64,000 nucleotides of DNA from Candidatus Scybalenecus merdavium (GCA_018714405.1 DVNM01000028.1:1221-65220), one strand, 5' to 3'; counted from the stretch's first letter, positions 18,840 to 29,697 are shown. Notes: generated from the letters alone by a model not told the origin. Made by a program: numbers and translations.

Positions 18840-19814
18840 TTACGATTCTGTAAAATATATGTTTTTATCATTTTTAAGGTTCAGCACGCCGCGTGCAGCC
18901 GCATTGCTCTGGCTGATCTCATCAATGCACGCAAGCGCCTGGTTGATCTTATAATCGATCGTATCGGCGTCCACTTCGCCGAAAAGCATCTGGATGCGTC
19001 CGTCATATACCAGGACAAAATTGTTGGCGTCCTGCACAACGATCTCGGTCACTTCGTCTAAAGCGTTTTTCAAAACCGCACTGGCAAGGATCGCCACACT
19101 GCGGTCGATCAGCTCCCCGTCGAACGAAACGACAGCGCCCGGTGTGTCTTGGCTGAGCGCGGCGCCGCTGATCAAATATACGCCGTCCGGGATGGCCTTT
19201 GCCTGCTGTTCAAGCACCTTAAAGTCATCATCCAAAAGCGTATATGTACCGTCGCCGCGGTCCACGGCAAACCCGGGCTGCGATTCCTCTACCGTGATCT
19301 CTACCGTGTTCGGCAATACTCGTTTTACCTGTGCATGGCGGATATAAGGCAGGTTCTTTTCCAGCGTTTCACCGATCTCGCCGGTGTGCAGCAAAAGCAG
19401 TTTATCGCCAGTTTCCACACCGCTTGCCGCGCTGACCTGCTCTGCCGTATACATCGTATTGCCGCTGACGCGTACCTCTTGCACAGAGAATACAAAAACA
19501 AGCGTTATAAAAACCAAAACAGCCAGCAAAACGGCAATCGCAAAAAAAGTCAGCACACGCGCTGCGCGCCGCCTGCGCTTTCTGCGCTGCAGATCGCGCC
19601 TGGCCTGACGGGAATGATCCTCTTCCTGCGGCGGCACAGAGTACCGCCGCGGCTGCTTTTGCGCGGCTCTTTGCCGGCGTTTCCACCCGGCGCGGCTGCG
19701 GCCGGCCGGCGGTGCGCTCTGCCTTTGCCGGTCATAATCATATACCTGCGGCGGCTCGATATAATAATCATCCTGAAACGAACGGTTGCCGCCCTTCTTC
19801 TGATTTTTTGCCAT
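18840..19814 (-). CDS. ftsQ: cell division protein FtsQ/DivIB
   Basis: A basic N-tail and a single TM helix are followed by a POTRA-like segment (VRVSGNTMYTAEQV). Its position is between the mur genes and ftsZ. Confidence 0.8.
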   Translation of the reverse strand: MAKNQKKGGNRSFQDDYYIEPPQVYDYDRQRQSAPPAGRSRAGWKRRQRAAQKQPRRYSVPPQEEDHSRQARRDLQRRKRRRRAARVLTFFAIAVLLAVLVFITLVFVFSVQEVRVSGNTMYTAEQVSAASGVETGDKLLLLHTGEIGETLEKNLPYIRHAQVKRVLPNTVEITVEESQPGFAVDRGDGTYTLLDDDFKVLEQQAKAIPDGVYLISGAALSQDTPGAVVSFDGELIDRSVAILASAVLKNALDEVTEIVVQDANNFVLVYDGRIQMLFGEVDADTIDYKINQALACIDEISQSNAAARGVLNLKNDKNIYFTES

Positions 19815-21060
19815 CTCTCACAATCTGTGCTCCAAGTGCACGGAGCATCGTCTCCATATTTTCATATCCACGGTCAATATGACCGATGTCTGTAATTTCT
19901 GTTACGCCCTGCGCCGCCAGCGCTGCCACAACAAGCGCCGCGCCGCCGCGCAGATCGGTTGCCCTGACCCTTGTGCCGGACAATTTTGGTACGCCCTCCA
20001 CAACGGCAACCTTGTCGCTCACATCGATTTTCGCACCCAGTTTTTTCAGTTCCGGCACATGCCGGTAGCGGTTTTCAAAAATGTTTTCCACAAAAACACT
20101 TGTGCCGTGCGCCACACAGGCAAGCGCCATCACCGGCGCCTGGCAGTCTGTTGGAAAGCCCGGGTACGGCATCGTTTTGACCTGGCCGAGCTTTTTCAAG
20201 TACTTCGGCGGCGTGATCGTCAGCGTGTCTTGCGCAGTACGCAGACGGCAGCCGCTGTTGTAAAACACCGGAAAGACCGGATTCAGGTGTGCCGCGCAAA
20301 CATTTTGCAGCGTGATCTGAGAACACGTTGCCGCGGCGCAGCACATCAGCGTGCAGGCCAGGATTCGGTCCGGGATCACCGCGTGCTCCGCACCGTGCAG
20401 GCGGGAAACGCCAGTGATCTCGATCGTGCCGCTGCCTGCGCCGCGTATTTTTGCACCGCAGCGGTTCAAAAACACAGCCAAGTCTTCAATTTCCGGTTCG
20501 CGCGCCGCATTGACAAGCAGCGTTCGGCCGCGTGCCACCGTGGCGGCGATCATAATATTTTCCGTTGCGCCGACACTCGGAAACGGCAAAATGATTTTCT
20601 CACCGTGCAGCGCCTGCACGCTGCAGCGGATACACGAGCCTTCGCTGACAGCCTGCATGCCGAGCAGATTCAGTCCATACAGATGCAGATCAATGGGCCG
20701 CAGGCCAATTTCACAGCCGCCCGGCGCACACAAAACGGCACGGTGCATCCGCGCGGCAAGCGGCGCAAGAAAAATGATGGACGAACGCATCTCGTGCATC
20801 ATTTCCTCGGGAATATCGAATTTATCGATCGTCTGGGTATCTACGATCAGCGTGGAGCCCTCGCGGCTGATCTTTGCCCCAAGATATGCAAGGATCCTGC
20901 AGGCAACCTCCACATCGTTCAGCGCCGGGCAGTTATGTAACACGCTCTTTCCGCCGGCCAGGATCGTGGCAGCCAAAATGGGCAGCACGGCGTTTTTGGC
21001 GCCGTGTACGCAGGCCGTACCCTGCAGCGTACGGCCGCCTTCTACGATAAACTTTTCCAT
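19768..21060 (-). CDS. murA: UDP-N-acetylglucosamine 1-carboxyvinyltransferase
   Basis: The start is moved to ATG 21060 (RBS AAAGGGG). The N-terminus MEKFIVEGGRTLQGTACVHGAKNAVLPILAA is the typical MurA N-terminus, and the active-site region CAPGGCEIG is also present. Confidence 0.9.
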   Translation of the reverse strand: MEKFIVEGGRTLQGTACVHGAKNAVLPILAATILAGGKSVLHNCPALNDVEVACRILAYLGAKISREGSTLIVDTQTIDKFDIPEEMMHEMRSSIIFLAPLAARMHRAVLCAPGGCEIGLRPIDLHLYGLNLLGMQAVSEGSCIRCSVQALHGEKIILPFPSVGATENIMIAATVARGRTLLVNAAREPEIEDLAVFLNRCGAKIRGAGSGTIEITGVSRLHGAEHAVIPDRILACTLMCCAAATCSQITLQNVCAAHLNPVFPVFYNSGCRLRTAQDTLTITPPKYLKKLGQVKTMPYPGFPTDCQAPVMALACVAHGTSVFVENIFENRYRHVPELKKLGAKIDVSDKVAVVEGVPKLSGTRVRATDLRGGAALVVAALAAQGVTEITDIGHIDRGYENMETMLRALGAQIVRDGKKSEEGRQPFVSG

Positions 21061-21120
21061 TTTCACACCCCTTTGTCATCGCTTTATTCTATGACAAAGA
21101 GCAGAAAATGGTTAAGCCGC

Positions 21121-22242
21121 TTATTTTTCTTTTTGTGCGAGGGAAAGGATCACGCGGCAGATCTCTTCACAGGCGTCTGTTTTCGCCATGGCGGCCGCCG
21201 CCTGCCCCATCTGCTGCAGTTTAGACGGATGCGCAACGAGCGTATCGATCGTTTCCAGCAGCTTATCAGAAGTCAGTTCTTTTTCCTCAATGACGATGGC
21301 TGCGCCGCGCTTGACAAGCGACATAGCGTTGTGGTACTGGTGGTTTTCCGCCACATAGGGCGACGGGATCAGCACCGACGGTTTACCCATAGCCAGCAGT
21401 TCAGAAATAGTGCTGGCACCGGCACGGCCAATGACCAGATCGGCCGCCGCAAGACATTCGTCCATATTGTCGATATACTGACGCACGACCACATTGTCGC
21501 AGTTTTTAAAGCCGTGCTTTTCCAGCGCATCAAACATTTCCGGATTGTTCTTGCCCGCCGAATGGATGTGGTAACACGATTTGTCTTTGGCATGGCGGAT
21601 CAGCACATCGAGCATAGCGTCATTGATCGGCTTTGCGCCGAGCGAGCCGCCGGTCGAAAGCACAAGGAGCTTTCCCTCCGGTATGCCAAGCTTGATGCGC
21701 GCTGCACGGCGGTCGGCGCGCAAGATCTCGCCGCGCACCGGCAAGCCGGTGACCACCGGCTTGTTGCGGCAGGTCATGCGCTGCGCCGCATCCTCATTCG
21801 TAAGCATTACGCGGTCAACGAGTTTGGCAAGCGACTTGTTGGTAATGCCGGGATAGGCGTTTTGTTCGTGGATGCAGGTCGGGATATGCATTTTTGCCGC
21901 CGTCTCCAGCACCGGGCCGCTGACATAACCGCCAAAGCCGATAACGGCATCCGGCGCAAAATCGCGCAGAATACTGCGGCTTTGCAGCGACGCCGTCAGC
22001 ATATAAAACACCGTTTTTACATTATGTACGATCGCACCGGGTGAAAAACTGCGGCGAAAGCCGGAGATGCGGATCGTTTTAAAAGCAAAACCGGCGACCG
22101 GGACCAGGCTGCTTTCCATATGGTCGGCCGTGCCGATAAAGAGAATGGACGTTTCCGGGTAACGTTCACGAATCGCAGATGCAACGGCAAGCGCCGGGTT
22201 GATGTGGCCGGCCGTACCGCCGGCGGCAAACACAAGTTTCAT
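21121..22242 (-). CDS. murG: undecaprenyldiphospho-muramoylpentapeptide beta-N-acetylglucosaminyltransferase
   Basis: The N-terminus MKLVFAAGGTAGHINPALAVA is the MurG G-loop. Length is 373 aa. Confidence 0.92.
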   Translation of the reverse strand: MKLVFAAGGTAGHINPALAVASAIRERYPETSILFIGTADHMESSLVPVAGFAFKTIRISGFRRSFSPGAIVHNVKTVFYMLTASLQSRSILRDFAPDAVIGFGGYVSGPVLETAAKMHIPTCIHEQNAYPGITNKSLAKLVDRVMLTNEDAAQRMTCRNKPVVTGLPVRGEILRADRRAARIKLGIPEGKLLVLSTGGSLGAKPINDAMLDVLIRHAKDKSCYHIHSAGKNNPEMFDALEKHGFKNCDNVVVRQYIDNMDECLAAADLVIGRAGASTISELLAMGKPSVLIPSPYVAENHQYHNAMSLVKRGAAIVIEEKELTSDKLLETIDTLVAHPSKLQQMGQAAAAMAKTDACEEICRVILSLAQKEK

Positions 22243-22252
22243 AACAAATACC

Positions 22253-23443
22253 TCAGTTCAGCTTTTTGACTTTTGTTCGTCGTGATACCGAAAGGACAAC
22301 GCCCATCTCGCCGAGCAGCATCATCATAGCTGTGCCGCCGTAGCTGAAAAACGGCAGCGCAATACCGGTGTTCGGGATCGTGTCCGTAACAACAAGAATA
22401 TTAAAGACGACCTGAATGCCGACCTGCGCCACAATGCCGATCACCAGAAGGGCGCCGAAGCGGTCTTCGCAGTTGACGGCAATGATCATGCCGCGCCAGA
22501 TCAGCAGTGCAAACAGCACAATGATGACGGCAGCGCCGATAAACCCCAGCTCTTCGCAGACGATGGAGAAAATAAAGTCATTTTGCGGTTCGCTGACATA
22601 AAGGTACTTTTGCTTGGAATTGCCGAGACCCTCACCGAAGAAACCGCCCGAGCCGATGGCGTACAATGAGTTATTGATCTGCCAGCGGCCGTCGGTCGGT
22701 TCATACGTTTTATCGACCCAGGCAAGAATACGCGGCTGCACATAATCGGGCAGGATCTGCGGGTTCGTTACGCAGACGACGACAGCCGCCGCAACGGCAC
22801 CAATGCCGACGATGAACAGCCAAGCCGGCGTGCCGCCCACCCACATCAGCGCTGCGCCGATGCAGAACATCAGGATCGTGCAGGACATGTGGTTTTCCAG
22901 CGCGATCAGCACACAAAACACAGCGATCATCGCCAGCGGGATCACAATGCCGTACACGACTTTTTTCATTTTCAGACAGTATTTAGAGATGTAAGCCGAC
23001 ATGATCACGACAAGTGCGAACTTGGCAATGTCAGACGGCTGCAGCGTAAACGGGCCGATCGGGATCCAGCGCTTAAAATCCTGAAAATCTGTGTGGTAAA
23101 ACAGCACAATGACCAAAAGCAGCAGAGAGACAAGCGCGATCGGAACGGCAAACACCTGCAGCCATTTGTAATTCAGCCGTGAAAAAATCAGCATGGCCGC
23201 AACGCCGACCGCCGCAAAAATGCACTGGTTACGAAAGAAATAAAAACTGTCCTGCCCCTCATTATAATACGCATCCGGATAGCTGGCAGAAAGCAGCATG
23301 ACCAGGCCGATGGCAAGCAGCGTCATGACCAAAACAAAAAAAGGAATGTCGATGCTGCCGGTCGTGACAAAATCAGATTTTTGAAACGCTTTGAACTTTT
23401 TAGGCGAAAAAGAACGTCCGGCTATTTTTTCCAAGCACAACAC
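22253..23443 (-). CDS. ftsW: SEDS-family peptidoglycan glycosyltransferase FtsW/SpoVE
   Basis: A polytopic membrane protein with SEDS motifs (GLGNSKQKYLYVSEPQNDFIFS, LPFFSYGGTAM). The start is uncertain: GTG 23443 abuts the RBS, and TTG 23434 has better spacing. Confidence 0.88.
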   Translation of the reverse strand: MLCLEKIAGRSFSPKKFKAFQKSDFVTTGSIDIPFFVLVMTLLAIGLVMLLSASYPDAYYNEGQDSFYFFRNQCIFAAVGVAAMLIFSRLNYKWLQVFAVPIALVSLLLLVIVLFYHTDFQDFKRWIPIGPFTLQPSDIAKFALVVIMSAYISKYCLKMKKVVYGIVIPLAMIAVFCVLIALENHMSCTILMFCIGAALMWVGGTPAWLFIVGIGAVAAAVVVCVTNPQILPDYVQPRILAWVDKTYEPTDGRWQINNSLYAIGSGGFFGEGLGNSKQKYLYVSEPQNDFIFSIVCEELGFIGAAVIIVLFALLIWRGMIIAVNCEDRFGALLVIGIVAQVGIQVVFNILVVTDTIPNTGIALPFFSYGGTAMMMLLGEMGVVLSVSRRTKVKKLN

Positions 23444-23476
23444 TCCTTTGTAAAAATCAATTCATAAAACGCACTA

Positions 23477-24532
23477 TTATACGCGCACAAAGCAGTCGCC
23501 GAAGTAGTAAAGCAGCACACCGATCACACAGCCGGCCGCATTGACCAGAGAAAAGACCACACAGATCTTTTTTTCTTTCCAGCCGCACATTTCAAAATGG
23601 TGGTGGATCGGCGCCATTTTAAAGACGCGCTTGCCGTGTGTCAATTTAAAATAACCGATCTGAATGATGTCGCTCATCGTCTCAGATACATAAACGATGC
23701 CGATCGGCAACAGCAGCAGAGGACAGCGCACGGCAAAGCCAAGCGCCACGACCAGACCGCCGAGGAACAGCGAACCTGTGTCGCCCATAAACACCTTGGC
23801 GGGGTTCCAGTTCCAGCACAAAAAGCCGATCATTGCACCAAACAGCGCCGCAGAAATAATAATCAAACCACTGAATTGCGCAATGGCGCCTATGGCGATA
23901 AAAGCGACGGAAACCGTTACGGTAACGGAAGAACACAGACCGTCAATACCGTCTGTCAGATTGACGGAATTCACACCGCCGTAAACGATGAAAAGACCCA
24001 CAAGCCAGAAGCAGACCGCGCCAAAGCCGCTGCTCAGATCCACACGGCCGACAAACGGAATATACCACCATGTGTTGTCAGAAAGCCAAAGCGTTGCCAA
24101 AAAGGCAAGCGCCACGACCAGCTGGCCAATGGTTTTCTGGCGCGCTGTCAGCCCCTCATTGCGTTTGAGCTTGATTTTGGTGTAGTCGTCGATAAAGCCG
24201 ATGATGCCGCAGCCAAGCGCAAGCAGCAGGCAGGCAGCGAGCGCCACAAGATCAGAGCCCTCATTAAAGCGGCTGGACGCACTTTCAAACGTGCCGCCGC
24301 TGAAATGAAAAATCAGAAACGACACCGCGCAGGAGACGATCATGCCGATGGCGAACATAAAACCGCCCATATTCGGCGTGCCCTGCTTTTTCTTGTGCCA
24401 CGAAGGGCCGATCTCAAGAATAGTCTGCCCAAATTTCAGCTTTCTCAGCCACGGAATAATTACAAAACCGAGGCCGCCGGTCACGCCGAAGGCAATGACT
24501 GCTGCGATCAACGCAATAATTGTACCGTTCAT
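23477..24532 (-). CDS. mraY: phospho-N-acetylmuramoyl-pentapeptide transferase
   Basis: ATG 24532 overlaps the murF stop (ATGA). MraY motifs are present (NLTDGIDGL, FMGDTGSL, APIHHHFE). Confidence 0.93.
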   Translation of the reverse strand: MNGTIIALIAAVIAFGVTGGLGFVIIPWLRKLKFGQTILEIGPSWHKKKQGTPNMGGFMFAIGMIVSCAVSFLIFHFSGGTFESASSRFNEGSDLVALAACLLLALGCGIIGFIDDYTKIKLKRNEGLTARQKTIGQLVVALAFLATLWLSDNTWWYIPFVGRVDLSSGFGAVCFWLVGLFIVYGGVNSVNLTDGIDGLCSSVTVTVSVAFIAIGAIAQFSGLIIISAALFGAMIGFLCWNWNPAKVFMGDTGSLFLGGLVVALGFAVRCPLLLLPIGIVYVSETMSDIIQIGYFKLTHGKRVFKMAPIHHHFEMCGWKEKKICVVFSLVNAAGCVIGVLLYYFGDCFVRV

Positions 24533-25893
24533 TGGTTTGCCCACCTTTCGTATAAGAAGTGGATCACTTCCTCTAATTTCATACCTCTGGAGCCTTTAAA
24601 CAAAACCGCATCCTGTGCCGTGCAAACGCCGTACAGCGCATTGCAAAGGGCTGCTTTATTGTCGAACAAATACGCATCGGCCAGGCCGGCGTCTTTTGCG
24701 CCCTGTACCAGGTGCGCGCAGTCCGTGCCGTAGCAGTAAAGCATTGTGATGCCGGATGCTGCCGCCGCACGGCCGACCTCGTAATGTGCCTGTTCGGCAT
24801 AACTGCCCAGCTCCAGCATGTCGCCCAGCACGGCAATATGCCGTTTGGCAGGCAGAGACATCAGTGTTTTCAGCGCCGCGTGCATGGAATCCGGCGATGC
24901 GTTGTAACAGTCTTCTACCACCGTAATACCGCCGCGGTGCACGATTTTCTGACGCATGCCGGAAGGTTCATATGCCTCCAGCGCCTCTGCCGCAGCCTGC
25001 GGCGCGACCCCCAGTTCCACGCCGGCGGCAAACGCCAAAAGTGCGTCGTAAACGTTATGTATGCCGACAGTCGGAAGCTTTATTTTACAGGAAGTGCCGG
25101 CAAATTTTATGTCGAACGTTGTGTAGAGTTCCGTTTCTTCTATATTTTCGGCCACATAGGCACAGTCCTTATTTTCAATGCCCACAAAGATGACCGGGTG
25201 ATCGTCCAAATGCACCGTTTGCAGAAGATCGTTGTCGCCGTTTAAAATCAGCGGCGCGCCCGGCGCAAGACCGTCTACCAGTTCCAGTTTGGCGCGCAGG
25301 ATACCCTCGCGCGAACCCAGGTTTTCAATGTGCGAAACGCCAACATTCGTAATCATGCCCAGTGTCGGCCGTACGCGCGTGACCAGGTCGTGGATCTCAC
25401 CAAAATGGTTCATGCCCATTTCCACAACCGCAGCGCCGGTCGTGCTGTCCAGGCCGAAAAGCGTTTGCGGTACGCCAATATCATTATTCAGATTGCCCTG
25501 CGTTTTCAGGCAGTTATATTTTGCGCCCAAAACAAGCGCCGTAAAGTCCTTGGTGGTCGTTTTGCCGACACTGCCGGTCAGGCCGACGACCGGAATATCA
25601 AACCGGCTGCGGTAATACCCGGCAAGGTCAAGCAGTGCGCGCCGCGTGTTTTTCACCAAAAGCTGCGGGCAGCCTGCGTCTACCGGGTGTTCGGCCATAA
25701 TGGCGGCCGCACCGGCCAGCGCGGCCAGCGGCGCAAAATCATGGCCGTCAAACCGTTCGCCGCGGATGCACACAAAAAGCGCGCCGGGCTGTACTTTTCT
25801 GTTGTCGATCGCAACACGGTCAAACACCGCGTCCGTATTGGCGGTGGCGCCAAGTGCTTTGGCTGCTTCAAGCAGGCTGATCTGTTCCATCAT
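24529..25893 (-). CDS. murF: UDP-N-acetylmuramoyl-tripeptide--D-alanyl-D-alanine ligase
   Basis: A Mur ligase with P-loop GLTGSVGKTTTK. Length is 454 aa. Its start overlaps the murE stop (ATGA). Confidence 0.9.
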   Translation of the reverse strand: MMEQISLLEAAKALGATANTDAVFDRVAIDNRKVQPGALFVCIRGERFDGHDFAPLAALAGAAAIMAEHPVDAGCPQLLVKNTRRALLDLAGYYRSRFDIPVVGLTGSVGKTTTKDFTALVLGAKYNCLKTQGNLNNDIGVPQTLFGLDSTTGAAVVEMGMNHFGEIHDLVTRVRPTLGMITNVGVSHIENLGSREGILRAKLELVDGLAPGAPLILNGDNDLLQTVHLDDHPVIFVGIENKDCAYVAENIEETELYTTFDIKFAGTSCKIKLPTVGIHNVYDALLAFAAGVELGVAPQAAAEALEAYEPSGMRQKIVHRGGITVVEDCYNASPDSMHAALKTLMSLPAKRHIAVLGDMLELGSYAEQAHYEVGRAAAASGITMLYCYGTDCAHLVQGAKDAGLADAYLFDNKAALCNALYGVCTAQDAVLFKGSRGMKLEEVIHFLYERWANQ

Positions 25894-27329
25894 TCAACTT
25901 CCTTTAAAATCTCTGCAACGACTTCCCTTTCATCAAAATGGATCGTGCCGGTCGGCAGGATCTGATACGTTTCATGCCCTTTTCCGGCCAAAAGAATAAT
26001 ATCGTCTTTTTGGGCATGCTCGATCGCATAACGGATGGCGTCCTTGCGGTTTTCCACCACCACATACGGCGTGGAAACGTTTTGCATGCCGACAAGAATA
26101 TCCTCAATAATGGCGGAGGGTGACTCACTGCGCGGATTGTCAGAGGTAACGATGCAGAAGTCGGAAAGCTCTGCTGCGATCTGCCCCATCTTGGGACGTT
26201 TCGTCTTGTCGCGGTCGCCGCCGCAGCCGAATACCGTTACCACGCGGCCATGCGCAATTTCTTTTAAAGAGGTAATGATATTCTCCAGGCCATCCGGCGA
26301 ATGTGCATAGTCGATTATAATGGTAAAATCGCGCCCGGTCGGCACAACTTCGATTCTGCCCTTTACACCGGAAGATTTGGCGATGACACCCAGGACGCTG
26401 CGAAAATCCACGCCGAGCGTCAACGCCACCGAAACGGCGCAAAGTGAATTGTAAACGGAAAAACGCCCCGGGATCGGGCAGTGCACGCGGCCGATCGAGT
26501 TCAGCGTGACCAGCTCATAGTCCACGCCGTTATTCTTAAACTGCACGTTTTTGGCCACATACTCCGCATCGTTCGTCTTCACAGCATAGCGGTACACGCG
26601 GCACGGCAAGCCCTCTACGATTTTCAGACCGTTTTGGTCGTCTGCATTGGTAACGGCCACATCGCACTGCTTGAACAGCAGGCGCTTGGCCTCAAAATAG
26701 TTTTCCCACGTTTTGTGGTAATCCAAATGATCCTGCGTCAGGTTCGTAAACGCACCAACTGCAAAATGCACGCCGCTGACACGCCCCTGCGCCAGCGCCT
26801 GGGACGAAACTTCCATTACGCAGTAGTCGCAGGCGGCCTCAACCATTTGAGCAAACAGTTTCTGCAAAGAATAGGCGTCCGGCGTGGTGTACTTTGCCGG
26901 ATAGACCTCGTCGCCGATCATGTTCTGCACCGTGCCGATCAGACCAACTTTATGGCCGGTGTTTTCAAGGATCTGCTTGATCAGGAATGTGGTCGTTGTT
27001 TTACCATTGGTTCCGGTCACACCGATCAGTTTCAACTTATCAGCGGGGTTGCCGAAGTAGTTGGCACAAATCTTGGCATACGCTGCACGCGTATCCGCCA
27101 CGATCACCTGGTTGACAAGCCCCATATCCCTGGCGCAGACAACGGCCGGCGCCCCGGATTCCAGCATTTTGCCGGCCAGCGTGTGCCCGTCGAACGACGC
27201 GCCCTTGATACACACAAAAAGCGTACCGGGTTTTACACAGCGGGAATCCTCCGTTACATCGGCAATTTCCAGCTGCGGATCGAATGTGTTTAAAACATCG
27301 ATGCCTTTCAATATATCTTTCAGTTTCAT
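25890..27329 (-). CDS. murE: UDP-N-acetylmuramoyl-L-alanyl-D-glutamate--2,6-diaminopimelate ligase
   Basis: The start is moved to ATG 27329 (RBS GGAGGAAAC). It has P-loop GVTGTNGKTTT and the DNPR motif (TSDNPRSE), which is typical of meso-DAP-adding MurE. Confidence 0.9.
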   Translation of the reverse strand: MKLKDILKGIDVLNTFDPQLEIADVTEDSRCVKPGTLFVCIKGASFDGHTLAGKMLESGAPAVVCARDMGLVNQVIVADTRAAYAKICANYFGNPADKLKLIGVTGTNGKTTTTFLIKQILENTGHKVGLIGTVQNMIGDEVYPAKYTTPDAYSLQKLFAQMVEAACDYCVMEVSSQALAQGRVSGVHFAVGAFTNLTQDHLDYHKTWENYFEAKRLLFKQCDVAVTNADDQNGLKIVEGLPCRVYRYAVKTNDAEYVAKNVQFKNNGVDYELVTLNSIGRVHCPIPGRFSVYNSLCAVSVALTLGVDFRSVLGVIAKSSGVKGRIEVVPTGRDFTIIIDYAHSPDGLENIITSLKEIAHGRVVTVFGCGGDRDKTKRPKMGQIAAELSDFCIVTSDNPRSESPSAIIEDILVGMQNVSTPYVVVENRKDAIRYAIEHAQKDDIILLAGKGHETYQILPTGTIHFDEREVVAEILKEVE

Positions 27330-27357
27330 GACCGTTTCCTCCGCTTCTTTTCCTCGG

Positions 27358-29580
27358 TCAGTCAAGTACCGAATCGTTATTTTTAAACGTGACGGTGATC
27401 ACGGAGCCGATCTCCACAACCGTACCGCTTTCCTCGCTCTGCCGGTAAGCAGAAGAGTTTGCGCTTTCCAGTCCGCTGCCGCTGAATTCCACATTCAGGT
27501 TTTTGCTGGCTGCAAGCGCGTTGACCTCGCTGACCGTCAGGCCGGTGAAATCCGGCACCTCTACCGTTTGGCTGCTCTGACTTTCGGTGTAAAGGATCAC
27601 CGTGCCGCCGCTTGGGATCTTGGTGGATGCGGCCGGCGACTGTTTAACGACTTCGCTGCCGTCGCCGATGACCTTGTATTCAAAACCGGCTGCCGTCAGC
27701 TGGCTTGTGGCCGTTTTAACGGTTTTACCCGTTACGCCCGGCGTGCTGACAGACAGTTTTTCCAGTTCTTCGCTGGTATACTTCGGCTCGATGCCGTACT
27801 CTTTCATAGCCGTTTCGATCACTTCAGCTGCGATCGGTGCGCAAAGCGTGCCGCCGCCGAGATCCTGATTCGGCTCGTCGATCAAAATCAGCGCCGCGAC
27901 CTTCGGGTCATCCGTCGGCGCGACCGCACCGAAAGATACGATATATTTCGTATCCGTATCGCTCGACTCGCTCAGTTTGGTCGAGGTACCCGTTTTGCCG
28001 CCAACGCTGTAACCGGCAACATATGCGTTTTTACCGGTGCCGTTGTCCACGACCGACTTCATCATTTTCAGCACTTTTTCAGCCGTTTCTTCACTGATGA
28101 CCTGGCGCACCTCGTTCGGCTGCGTCTTTTCGATCGTGTTGCCGTTGGCATCCAAAACAGAAGAGACAAGGTAGGGCTGCATCAGCCGGCCGCCGTTTGC
28201 CACCGCCGCGAGCGCCGTGCAGACCTGGATCGGCGTCAGGCTATTCGTCTGACCGAATGAGGCAGACGACAGCGTGACCTTGGAGGAAAGATCGGACTCG
28301 CTGACAAAAAGCGAACGGTTTTCACTCGGCAGGTCGATGCCGGTTTTTTCGGTAAACCCAAAGCCCTCAAAATACTTATAATAGTTATGGCCGCCAAGAC
28401 GCTGGCCGATCGTGATAAAAAACGGGTTGCACGAATTTTCAAGCCCCTGCGTCAGATTCTGCAGGCCGTGACCCGGGTGGTAATGGCAGTGCATAATGCG
28501 GTCTTCCACCGTGATCTGACCCGTGCAGTTATAGGTCGTGTCCAGTGTGACCACGTTTTCCTCAAGCGCAGCGCAGCTCATGAACACCTTGAACACGGAA
28601 CCCGGCTCGTACACGCTGGAAACGGTAAAATTGTCCCACTGGTTGGCCTGTGCCTCTTTTCGGGCCTCCGCCCGCTTTTCATCGTCTTTGATCGCATCCA
28701 GTTCTTTTTGGGTTTTGCTGTATGTGATGTCGTACGGATTGTTGATGTCAAAATCCGGCAGTGAGCTCATGGCCAAAACCGCGCCGGTCTCCACATCCAT
28801 CACCACGCCGTAAGCGCCTTTACACTGGTATTCCTCCAGCGTTCTGGAAAGACCCTTTTCCAGCGTGTACTGAATGTTTTGGTTGATCGTCAGCACAAGG
28901 CTGTTGCCGTCGACCGCCTCGACCGACGTTGCGTAATCGCTTGGCAGCTCATTGGAAACCGCATCCTTAGCCGTGATCACACGGCCGTTTTTGCCGGAAA
29001 GCTTGTCATTATAATAAGCCTCCAGCCCATAGACGCCGTCGCCGTCGTAATTGGTAAAGCCGATGACCGACGACGCCAAAGAGTTATAAGGATAGTATCT
29101 TTTTGTAGTTTCTTCATATCCGATCACGCTATTCAGGTCATTTTCCGAGGAGAAGGCACTGATTTTTTCTTTCAGCGTGTTGTCCACCTTGTTTTCAATA
29201 ACCTGATAGCGGTTGTCGGCCTGTGCTTTTTCAGCAAGGTCTGCCTTTTCTTCTTCGTCGTATTCAAAAAGCTTGGCAAGCCCATCGACCAAAACGGTGC
29301 GCATATCGTCGCCGGTGATGGCTTTCGGATCGATATAAATACGCCACGCCGTGGCCGACTGCGCCAAAATATTCATGTCGCTGTCATAGATCGTGCCGCG
29401 CATGGCCGCGACTTCCGTGTCGCTAAGCTGCTGAGCCTGCGCTTTTTCGGCGTATTCATCGCCGCGGATCACCTGAATATAAAAAAGGCGCGCCAAATCT
29501 GTGCCGCACCCGATAAAAATGAGCAGCACCACAAACGTCATCATACGTTTCAGACTTTTGGTGGGCAGTCCGACGCGCAT
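27358..29580 (-). CDS. class B penicillin-binding protein (FtsI/PBP2B/SpoVD type) with two C-terminal PASTA-like repeats
   Basis: The 740-aa protein has an N-terminal TM helix and the transpeptidase motifs SVFK, SCN and KTGT. Two PASTA-like repeats lie in the last 130 aa or so. Confidence 0.9.
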   Translation of the reverse strand: MRVGLPTKSLKRMMTFVVLLIFIGCGTDLARLFYIQVIRGDEYAEKAQAQQLSDTEVAAMRGTIYDSDMNILAQSATAWRIYIDPKAITGDDMRTVLVDGLAKLFEYDEEEKADLAEKAQADNRYQVIENKVDNTLKEKISAFSSENDLNSVIGYEETTKRYYPYNSLASSVIGFTNYDGDGVYGLEAYYNDKLSGKNGRVITAKDAVSNELPSDYATSVEAVDGNSLVLTINQNIQYTLEKGLSRTLEEYQCKGAYGVVMDVETGAVLAMSSLPDFDINNPYDITYSKTQKELDAIKDDEKRAEARKEAQANQWDNFTVSSVYEPGSVFKVFMSCAALEENVVTLDTTYNCTGQITVEDRIMHCHYHPGHGLQNLTQGLENSCNPFFITIGQRLGGHNYYKYFEGFGFTEKTGIDLPSENRSLFVSESDLSSKVTLSSASFGQTNSLTPIQVCTALAAVANGGRLMQPYLVSSVLDANGNTIEKTQPNEVRQVISEETAEKVLKMMKSVVDNGTGKNAYVAGYSVGGKTGTSTKLSESSDTDTKYIVSFGAVAPTDDPKVAALILIDEPNQDLGGGTLCAPIAAEVIETAMKEYGIEPKYTSEELEKLSVSTPGVTGKTVKTATSQLTAAGFEYKVIGDGSEVVKQSPAASTKIPSGGTVILYTESQSSQTVEVPDFTGLTVSEVNALAASKNLNVEFSGSGLESANSSAYRQSEESGTVVEIGSVITVTFKNNDSVLD

Positions 29581-29697
29581 TTTGCCATCTCCTTGCCAAA
29601 AAGATCAAAATGAATGCCAAATCGACATTCTCCGATAATATGATTTGAGAGAGCCGAGACGAAACGCCGGGCTCTCTTAATCATACGAAGTGCTATT

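Noticed and set aside
19768-19814. The 47-nt overlap between the murA 3' end and the ftsQ 5' end, as a possible frameshift or fusion.
   Set aside because: Both frames give normal-looking termini: MurA is about 430 aa, and FtsQ begins MAKNQKK. Short overlaps are common in this tightly packed cluster, and there is no slippery sequence. An alternative downstream ftsQ start cannot be excluded but is not needed.
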